Shown: one piece after another, positions 19,056-25,538 of the stretch
Layout: each line of letters starts with the position of its first letter
Position numbering within the stretch: the first letter of the stretch is position 1
From: Pseudomonadota bacterium
GTDB lineage: Bacteria; Pseudomonadota; Gammaproteobacteria; Burkholderiales; SG8-39
Reading direction: 5' to 3'
DNA length: 64,000 nucleotides
Assembly (NCBI GenBank): GCA_947455195.1
Contig: CANGMI010000003.1
Location: 135,620-199,619, forward strand
Notes under the pieces: generated by a model
Databases searched by the model: none
The model's input: only the letters and a program-made list of their open reading frames with translations
What the model was told of the DNA's origin: nothing
Program-made: the position numbers and the translations under genes

Positions 19056-20279
19056 ATGGCCGGCCCTCTCTCCCACATTCGTGTGCTTGACCTCTCGCGT
19101 GTTCTCGCCGGCCCCTGGGCCGGGCAGAACCTGGCCGACCTGGGTGCCGAAGTCATCAAGGTCGAGCGACCCAAGTCCGGTGATGACTCGCGCGCCTTCG
19201 GCCCGCCCTGGGTAAAGGACACGCAAGGGCGCGACACCCGCGACTCGGCCTACTTCACATCGGCCAATCGGGGCAAGAAGTCGATCACGCTCAACATGGC
19301 CGATCCGGAGGGGCAGCGGATCGTGCGCGAACTGGCCCGGCAGAGCGATGTGCTGATCGAGAACTACAAGTTCGGCGATCTGGCCCGTTACGGTCTCGGA
19401 TACGACGACCTGAAGGTGATCAACCCCGGCCTCATCTACTGCTCGGTCACCGGCTTTGGCCAGACCGGCCCGTTCAAGGAGCGCCCGGGCTACGACTTCA
19501 TGATTCAGGGGATGGGCGGCATGATGAGCGTCACCGGGGAACCCGATGGCGCACCGGGGGGCGGCCCGCAGCGCGCAGGCGTGCCGGTGGCTGACATCAT
19601 CACCGGCATGTATGCCTCGATTGCCATCTGCGCAGCCATCGCCAGCCGTGAGCGCACTGGCCGCGGGCAGCACATCGACTGCGCGCTGCTCGATTCACAG
19701 ATCGCGCTCATGAGCTACCAGAACGCCAACTTCTTCGCGACCGGCAAGTCGCCCTCGCGCATCGGCAACCTGCACCCCAACATCGTGCCCTACCAGCCGT
19801 TTCGCACGAGCGATGGCAGCGTGATCGTCGCCTGCGGCAACGACAACCTGTACCGCAAGCTGTGCGACGTGATCCAGCGACCCGACCTGGTCACCGACGA
19901 GCGCTTCGGCACCAATGGCAAACGGGTTGAAAACCGCGCCGAGATGACCCGCATCCTGCAGGAGATCTTCAGCACCCGCAGCACGCGCGAGTGGGTGGCT
20001 GACCTCGAAGCCGCCGGTGTGGCCAATGGCCCGATCAACACCATGGCCGAGGTTTACGACGAGCCGCAGGTCATCGCCCGCAACATCCGCCTCGAACTCG
20101 ATCACCCGGTGGCCGGCAAGCTCTCGGGCGTGGCGAGCCCAATGCGGTTCTCGGACACCACGATCGAGTATAGCAGCGCCCCGCCCGTGCTCGGGCAGCA
20201 CACCGAGGAGGTGCTGGGCGAGAAGCTCGGCCTGTCGAAGGGCGAGATCGATACCCTGCGAGTGAAGGGTCTGATCTAA
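19056..20279 (+). CDS. CaiB/BaiF family (class III) CoA transferase
   Basis: 407 aa. N-terminal string GPLSHIRVLDLSRVLAGPWAGQNLADLGAEVIKVE. Confidence 0.9.
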   Translation: MAGPLSHIRVLDLSRVLAGPWAGQNLADLGAEVIKVERPKSGDDSRAFGPPWVKDTQGRDTRDSAYFTSANRGKKSITLNMADPEGQRIVRELARQSDVLIENYKFGDLARYGLGYDDLKVINPGLIYCSVTGFGQTGPFKERPGYDFMIQGMGGMMSVTGEPDGAPGGGPQRAGVPVADIITGMYASIAICAAIASRERTGRGQHIDCALLDSQIALMSYQNANFFATGKSPSRIGNLHPNIVPYQPFRTSDGSVIVACGNDNLYRKLCDVIQRPDLVTDERFGTNGKRVENRAEMTRILQEIFSTRSTREWVADLEAAGVANGPINTMAEVYDEPQVIARNIRLELDHPVAGKLSGVASPMRFSDTTIEYSSAPPVLGQHTEEVLGEKLGLSKGEIDTLRVKGLI

Positions 20280-20299
20280 ACTCGACCGGAGCCCTTTCA

Positions 20300-20333
20300 G
20301 TCAGATCGGGTCTGACAGTACTCCCCCTGTCAG
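20300..20333 (+). promoter_or_regulatory. three-arm inverted repeat (two mutually exclusive hairpins)
   Basis: Hairpin 1 is GTCAGA-TCGGG-TCTGAC (20300-20316). Hairpin 2 is CTGACAG-TACTCCCC-CTGTCAG (20312-20333). They share the central arm. Confidence 0.5.
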
Positions 20334-20356
20334 CACGCCCTCCAACCGGAGCCTCC

Positions 20357-21157
20357 ATGACTTCTCGCAGAGATCTCTTCGCATCGGCCGCGGCCGGTGC
20401 TGCCACGGCGTTGCTGCCAGCGCCCGCGCAGGCACAGCCGCGGCCCCGTACATTCGTACTCATCCACGGCGCATGGCACGGGGGTTGGTGCTGGTCGCGT
20501 GTGGCCGCGCGCCTCACCGCGCATGGACATCGCGTGCTGGCACCTTCGCTTACCGGGCTCGCCGATCGGTCGCATCTGCTGAGCACCGCCATTACCCTCG
20601 ACACGCATATCGCCGACATCGTCAACCTGTTTACCTGGGAAGACCTGCAGGACGTCGTGCTGGTGGCCCACTCCTATGGTGGCTGGCCGGTCTCCGGCGC
20701 CCTCGAAAAGGTGCTTTCCCGCGTCAGCTCGGTTGTCTTCCTCGACGCCTTCATGCCCGCCGATGGCGAACGCGGGCTTGATCTGAGTTCGGAACAGTTC
20801 CAGGTCGCGCTGCGCGCAGCCGTGGCACGCGGCGAAGCAGGGCGACCGGTGCCACCGGCATCGGCCTTCCGTCTGCGGGATCCGGGCGATGCAGCCTGGG
20901 TCACCGCCCGGATGACACCACAACCGGTCGGGGTCGCACTGCAACCCATTCACCTGACCGGTGCGCGTGACAAGGTGCCACGCAAGACCTACATCCGGGC
21001 ACCGGCCTATCCGCAACCCAGCTTCGATGCCTATCTGGCCCGCTGCGCAGCCGATCCGACCTGGCGCACGTTCGTCCTTGCGCCCGAGGAGGCAGGCCAC
21101 GACGCGATGGTCGATGCCCCGGATCGTGTGGTCCGGATTCTCGAAGACGTGGCCTGA
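20357..21157 (+). CDS. Tat-exported alpha/beta hydrolase (methylesterase/SABP2-like)
   Basis: The twin-arginine signal is MTSRRDLFASAAAGAATALLPAPAQA. Strings FVLIHGAWHGGWCW and the nucleophile motif AHSYGG are present. Confidence 0.8.
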   Translation: MTSRRDLFASAAAGAATALLPAPAQAQPRPRTFVLIHGAWHGGWCWSRVAARLTAHGHRVLAPSLTGLADRSHLLSTAITLDTHIADIVNLFTWEDLQDVVLVAHSYGGWPVSGALEKVLSRVSSVVFLDAFMPADGERGLDLSSEQFQVALRAAVARGEAGRPVPPASAFRLRDPGDAAWVTARMTPQPVGVALQPIHLTGARDKVPRKTYIRAPAYPQPSFDAYLARCAADPTWRTFVLAPEEAGHDAMVDAPDRVVRILEDVA

Positions 21158-21176
21158 TCGAAGCCGTCTGCCGCGC

Positions 21177-21839
21177 TCAGCGTGCGCGGCCCTGCCTTGC
21201 CAGCACGGCATCAGCCACGAAGGGGTTCGATCGTCGTTCGGCACCAAAGGTTGATGTCGATCCGTGTCCGGGAACGAAAGTGACATCATCGCCGAGCGGC
21301 CAGAGCTTCTGGGTGATCGAATTCACCAGGGTCGCCATGTCGCCGCGCGGGAAGTCGCTGCGACCGATCGAGCCTTCGAAGATCACATCGCCCACGAAGG
21401 CCACACGTTCGCCCCTCTCGAAGAAGATCACGTGCCCGGGGGTATGACCCGGGCAGTGCCGCACCTCGAGCACGAGTTCGCCGACCTGCACGATGTCGCC
21501 GTCTTCGAGCCAGCGGTCGGGCGTGAAGACCTCCGCCGGCGGCAGGCCGAAGCGCTTCGTGCTGGCCGGCAGCTGATCGATCCAGAAGGTTTCCTCGCGC
21601 TGCGGACCCTCGACCGGCACGCCGGTACGACGCCGCAGTTCACCGGTGCCGGCGCAGTGGTCGGCATGACCGTGAGTGATGAGGATCTTCTCGAGCGTGG
21701 CCCCCGAGCGGCGGATGGCCTCTTCGATACGCTCGAGGTCGCCGCCCGGATCAACCACCGCACAGCGGTTGGTCTTCTCGCAGACGATGATCGAGCAGTT
21801 CTGCTCGAAGGGCGTGACGGGGACGAGGTAGACCTTCAT
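21177..21839 (-). CDS. MBL-fold metallo-hydrolase (YcbL / glyoxalase II-like)
   Basis: Start at MKVYLVPVTPFEQNCSIIVCE. The metal-binding motif THGHADH is present. Confidence 0.85.
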   Translation of the reverse strand: MKVYLVPVTPFEQNCSIIVCEKTNRCAVVDPGGDLERIEEAIRRSGATLEKILITHGHADHCAGTGELRRRTGVPVEGPQREETFWIDQLPASTKRFGLPPAEVFTPDRWLEDGDIVQVGELVLEVRHCPGHTPGHVIFFERGERVAFVGDVIFEGSIGRSDFPRGDMATLVNSITQKLWPLGDDVTFVPGHGSTSTFGAERRSNPFVADAVLARQGRAR

Positions 21840-21975
21840 GGGGCAGGCAGGGGCAGGAAACAAACGCAGAGCCTAACACCTGCAGCGGCGGGCGGGCCTG
21901 ATCGGCCAGGTCCGTACGGTGCAGAGCCAATGGCACCCATCGCTCGGAACTGCCCGGCAGTGCTGCCTCAGGCCG

Positions 21976-23478
21976 TCAATGCGCCTTCGAACAGCCAGTC
22001 TTCGGCTGCAACTGAGCACAGATCAGCTTGCGGTAATACCAGGCGTGATGCTGGAGAAACAGGTCATCGGTCGGACGCGCACCCTCGACCGTCGTCTGGT
22101 CGCCATACACGTAGGTCATCTGTCCGGCGGGGGTGAAATTCCAGGACGATCCGACGGGCTGTTGCTCCAGCCGCGTCCAGTGGTCTTCGCGATAGAGCGG
22201 TCCGTAGCTGTACGAATCCGTGAGCGGTTCGTTGATACCGGCATGGGCTTCACGGAGCAGGCTTGCGACACCGAGTACTCCCTTCATCAGCGTGTATCGC
22301 ACATTGGTCAGCGGGATCCCTTGCAGCGCTTCGTTCGGGCTTTGCACGGTCAACGGAACCTGCGTCACCGGGTCGAGGTCATTGTTGATCACCACGGCCG
22401 TCCCGCGAGGCGGCTGGGTGTAGCCCGCAAAATCCGCGGCAAAGGCGGCATTGCCCGGCTTGGGTTGCGCATATGCGTACGACTTGAGGCGCCAGTCACG
22501 CCCCTTGATCAGGAAGGGGTCGGAAGACGGCGTTCTCATGGCGTGCTCGAGGAAGGCATGGACCAGGGTCGCCATGGCCGCTCCCTGGCTATGGCCGACG
22601 ATGAACAAGCGAGCGCCGTCTTCAACCTTCTGGCGGGCGAGCTCTGCAAGGACACCGTATCGCTCGTCGAACAGGATGTGGAATGCGCCATGCGCAAACC
22701 CCGAGTGCACCTCGGCCTGGTCCGAGCGGGCGAAACGGATGTCAGGGGACAGGAACGTCTTTGCTGCCACTGGATGCAGGATCACGTCTTGATACATGCT
22801 TGCCAGGGAACCCATGACCGTCCCGCGCAAGGCAATCAGGTAGTCCGGGGGCCCTTGCGGGTTGACCCGCCGGTGCAGGACCCATGCACCGTCATACGGT
22901 CCGAATCCGTTGATATCCGCCTGGGCTGCCACGTTGTCGACGGACCACTCCCAACCGTACGGAGCAGCTTTCGTACCCTTGCGCCGGGCCTCCCCACGCT
23001 TCCTGATCTTTTCGTAGAGAACCTCGGGCAGATTGTGAGGCGGTTTGCCGGTCTGCAGATACGACATCACATCCTCGGCGACCCAGCGGCGCGAATCGTA
23101 GAGGGGTGCCCCCCAGTCCTTGACGATGTCCTGACGCACATCGAATTCGAACGGGATCGAGCGCCGCTGCTCGGGTGTGAGCAGCACGCAGAGGGCGCTA
23201 CCGTCATTGCGCGTCGGAGGTCGGGGGGACGTCGGGTCACTGATCCGTTCAGGAGCCACGCAACCACCGTGAGCGGCGTTCCAGCGCTCATCCTGGCTGT
23301 CGAGCTCCACGGCAAATTCGATGAATTGCCTTGCCTCATCACGCACCGGTCCGTGCTCACCCGACAGGTCGCCTGTGGCAAGCGGCGCATAGGGGGCCAG
23401 CCGGCCCAGATGCAGGTTGCTGCCGGCGCAGCCCGACAACACGCCCATGACGAGCGCAAGCGCTGGAAGGTGACGCAT
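21976..23478 (-). CDS. class 3 lipase-family lipoprotein
   Basis: Lipoprotein signal MRHLPALALVMGVLSGC. Lipase_3-type triad context is present: YLIALRGT, VHSGF, FIVGHSQGAAMA and YAQPKPGN. Confidence 0.75.
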   Translation of the reverse strand: MRHLPALALVMGVLSGCAGSNLHLGRLAPYAPLATGDLSGEHGPVRDEARQFIEFAVELDSQDERWNAAHGGCVAPERISDPTSPRPPTRNDGSALCVLLTPEQRRSIPFEFDVRQDIVKDWGAPLYDSRRWVAEDVMSYLQTGKPPHNLPEVLYEKIRKRGEARRKGTKAAPYGWEWSVDNVAAQADINGFGPYDGAWVLHRRVNPQGPPDYLIALRGTVMGSLASMYQDVILHPVAAKTFLSPDIRFARSDQAEVHSGFAHGAFHILFDERYGVLAELARQKVEDGARLFIVGHSQGAAMATLVHAFLEHAMRTPSSDPFLIKGRDWRLKSYAYAQPKPGNAAFAADFAGYTQPPRGTAVVINNDLDPVTQVPLTVQSPNEALQGIPLTNVRYTLMKGVLGVASLLREAHAGINEPLTDSYSYGPLYREDHWTRLEQQPVGSSWNFTPAGQMTYVYGDQTTVEGARPTDDLFLQHHAWYYRKLICAQLQPKTGCSKAH

Positions 23479-23518
23479 GGCGAGGCCGAGCTCCGGGGCG
23501 TGAGAAAGCGAGAGTGGA

Positions 23519-23571
23519 TCTGACAGTAATAAACGTTAACATACGTCGCGATCAGGGAGGTCACCTGTCAG
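23519..23571 (+). promoter_or_regulatory. inverted repeat TCTGACAGTA-N35-CCTGTCAG (second copy of the 20311-20333 motif)
   Basis: Arms are identical to the copy at 20311-20333. The AT-rich spacer contains the overlapping palindromes AACGTT and GTTAAC. It lies in the divergent region between the lipase and lipoprotein genes. Confidence 0.5.
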
Positions 23572-23615
23572 GACATCCCGCCTCCGCCCCAACCGATCTG
23601 CCCCCCGGAGAAAAC

Positions 23616-24266
23616 ATGCCTCCAACCTGGCGCATTGCCATCACGCTGGGCGCAACCGGCATCCTCCTCTCGCTCGCTGGCTGCACGTCCTCCTCGGCGA
23701 CTCGGGTCGCGCGGAATTTCGACAAGGCATTGCAGGAGGTCTGCCCGCTAGGGTCAGCGTCCGACACCGACCGCACACATGTTCTTCGCGGCCGTATCGC
23801 GCTCGCCGCAATCGCCGGCTTTGGCTACCGAAACATCGACCGGTTTTCGCCTGAGGGCGACAGGGCGCCCGACGCCTTGCGTCTGGTCAACCGCCTCGCT
23901 GCAGCCTCTTCAGCGCTGGACAAGGCTGATGCCAGTACCGAAAAACCGCTGTTCCCGATTCTCAGGGCCGACTACATCGATGAGCTGGTGCGAAGCGCTT
24001 CGGTCGCAAGCCAGCCTGCGGGCTCCCAGGTCGCGAGCCTGCTTGGCAGTTCGGCCGGGGGATTTCCCTTCATGCCCGCACGCAACATCGTCACCAGCCT
24101 GATGGAGGACGAGCTGTATTCGGTGGCGTTTCGCGACGCGTGTACCCGTGTGGATGCAGCCGGGCTGGATGCAGCCACGGGCGCTGCACGCCAGCGCGTG
24201 TCGGATCGATGCAAGTCCATGGCTGCCTGGACGGCCCCCCTGCAACCGAGCTGTCCGGCGCCATGA
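23616..24266 (+). CDS. hypothetical lipoprotein
   Basis: I chose the ATG at 23616 because it begins a signal peptide with a lipobox (MPPTWRIAITLGATGILLSLAGC). I recognise no family. Confidence 0.55.
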   Translation: MPPTWRIAITLGATGILLSLAGCTSSSATRVARNFDKALQEVCPLGSASDTDRTHVLRGRIALAAIAGFGYRNIDRFSPEGDRAPDALRLVNRLAAASSALDKADASTEKPLFPILRADYIDELVRSASVASQPAGSQVASLLGSSAGGFPFMPARNIVTSLMEDELYSVAFRDACTRVDAAGLDAATGAARQRVSDRCKSMAAWTAPLQPSCPAP

Positions 24267-24380
24267 GCCGCTGGCGGCCGAGCAGGTGCTCGCAGAACAC
24301 GCGCGCTCTGTTGTGGCCGCAGGCCAGCGGCGCCTCGCTGACCGCCCGCACCGCACGACGCTCGGGCACCGTGCACACCC

Positions 24381-25211
24381 CTACAGCAACCCCACCACCA
24401 GTTTGATCGTCATCACGTACATCATCGCGGCAAACACCCGACGCAAGAGCGTGGCCCCCGAGCGGTGCGCGAGACGCGCTCCGACCGGCGCCATCAGGAC
24501 GCTCGCTACACCGAGCGCGGCAAACGCAGGCAGATACACATAGCCCAGATGCGGATCGGTGAGCCCGGGCACCGACCAGCCGTTGACGATGAAGCCGAGC
24601 GTCCCGGCCACCGCAATCGGAAACCCGAGGGCGGCAGCGGTGCCGATGGCGGTATGAAACGGCAGCGCGCAGAAGACGAGAAACGGAATCGTCAGCGCCG
24701 CCCCGCCGATGGCCACCATGGCCGAAAAGGCGCAGATGAGAAAGCCGGCCACGAACAGACCCAGCGGGCCTGGCAGGTGGGCTCCGGCGCGAGGCTTCCA
24801 GCCCACCAGCATCTGCGTGGCCGAATAGCAGACAAAGACGGCAAACACGATGGCAAGGGGTACGGTCGGGATGTAGCGCGCGAGCCAGCTGCCGGCAAAG
24901 CCGCCGGCGATGAGGCCTGGCGTCATGCCGCGCACGACGGCCCAGTTGACCGCGCCATGCTGGTGGTGGGCGCGCAGGCTCGATGCCGATGTCAGTACGA
25001 TGGTGGCCATGCAGGTACCGAGCGCCACATGGAGCACGTGACTCTGATCGAAGCCCTGACGGGTGAAGAGGTCGGTCATCATCGGCACGACGATGGCACC
25101 ACCGCCCACGCCCAGCATGCCGGCAAAGAGTCCGACGACAATGCCGACAACGGCATAGGCGACAAGCCACTGATCCAGGATGATGACCCCGCTGCGCTGC
25201 TCGCCCGACAC
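24381..25211 (-). CDS. TauE/SafE-family sulfite/anion exporter
   Basis: Multi-TM protein with GMLGVGGGAIVVP and GIGGAALTIPFL repeats. There is no in-frame ATG before TM1, so I use the GTG at 25211. The start is uncertain. Confidence 0.8.
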   Translation of the reverse strand: MSGEQRSGVIILDQWLVAYAVVGIVVGLFAGMLGVGGGAIVVPMMTDLFTRQGFDQSHVLHVALGTCMATIVLTSASSLRAHHQHGAVNWAVVRGMTPGLIAGGFAGSWLARYIPTVPLAIVFAVFVCYSATQMLVGWKPRAGAHLPGPLGLFVAGFLICAFSAMVAIGGAALTIPFLVFCALPFHTAIGTAAALGFPIAVAGTLGFIVNGWSVPGLTDPHLGYVYLPAFAALGVASVLMAPVGARLAHRSGATLLRRVFAAMMYVMTIKLVVGLL

Positions 25212-25487
25212 GCACGCGGTGCGCCATGGGCCTGGTGATTGGCACGCCACGACCCGGGTGTCGCGCCTTCGATGGCGCCCACTGTGATGCAGTTGCCGTT
25301 CGATGTCATAATAATCCGTCGGAGGGGGAGTGGGGAGCTTGCGCGGACCTGACCCCGGCTTGAACAAAAAGCCGCTGGCGCGTCCGCTGATGTGCAGGTC
25401 GTTACTGAATCGACAGTGCAGCCGCAGGCTGCATGGCCATCGAGCGTGATCGGTCGGAACAGCCTCGAGGGTTCTCAGCAGGATCTT

Positions 25488-25527
25488 CGCCCGTGCCGGG
25501 CGCAAGCGTGGCACGGGCGTTTTATTT
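25488..25527 (+). terminator. canonical rho-independent terminator (10-bp GC stem plus TTTTATTT)
   Basis: CGCCCGTGCC (25488-25497) pairs with GGCACGGGCG (25510-25519) around a 12-nt loop. TTTTATTT follows at 25520-25527. This is the only hairpin with a T-tract that I found in the window. Confidence 0.7.
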
Positions 25528-25538
25528 GGGGCAACAGC

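Noticed and set aside
20312-20333. LexA/SOS box, because of ACAGTA and CTGT half-sites.
   Set aside because: The beta/gamma-proteobacterial SOS box is CTGT-N8-ACAG. Here the half-sites are in the inverse order (ACAG-N8-CTGT), and the second copy has a 38-nt gap between them.
21976-24266. Type VI lipase effector (Tle) with a lipoprotein immunity protein (Tli).
   Set aside because: No VgrG, PAAR, Hcp or other T6SS genes are nearby. The lipase itself carries a Sec/lipoprotein signal, which is not expected for a T6SS-delivered effector. I kept it only as an unexplained pair.
25330-25449. 39-codon ORF (GTG start right after GGAGGGGGA) inside the leader: MGSLRGPDPGLNKKPLARPLMCRSLLNRQCSRRLHGHRA.
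   Set aside because: The SD-to-start spacing is only about 4 nt. The peptide is basic and low complexity, and nothing supports translation. It might still be a leader peptide, so I mention it here rather than calling it.
25509-25524. Sigma-54 promoter-like TGGCACG-N4-TTTT upstream of the dsbD-family gene.
   Set aside because: The -12 element lacks the invariant GC. The TGGCAC is simply the 3' arm of the terminator stem.
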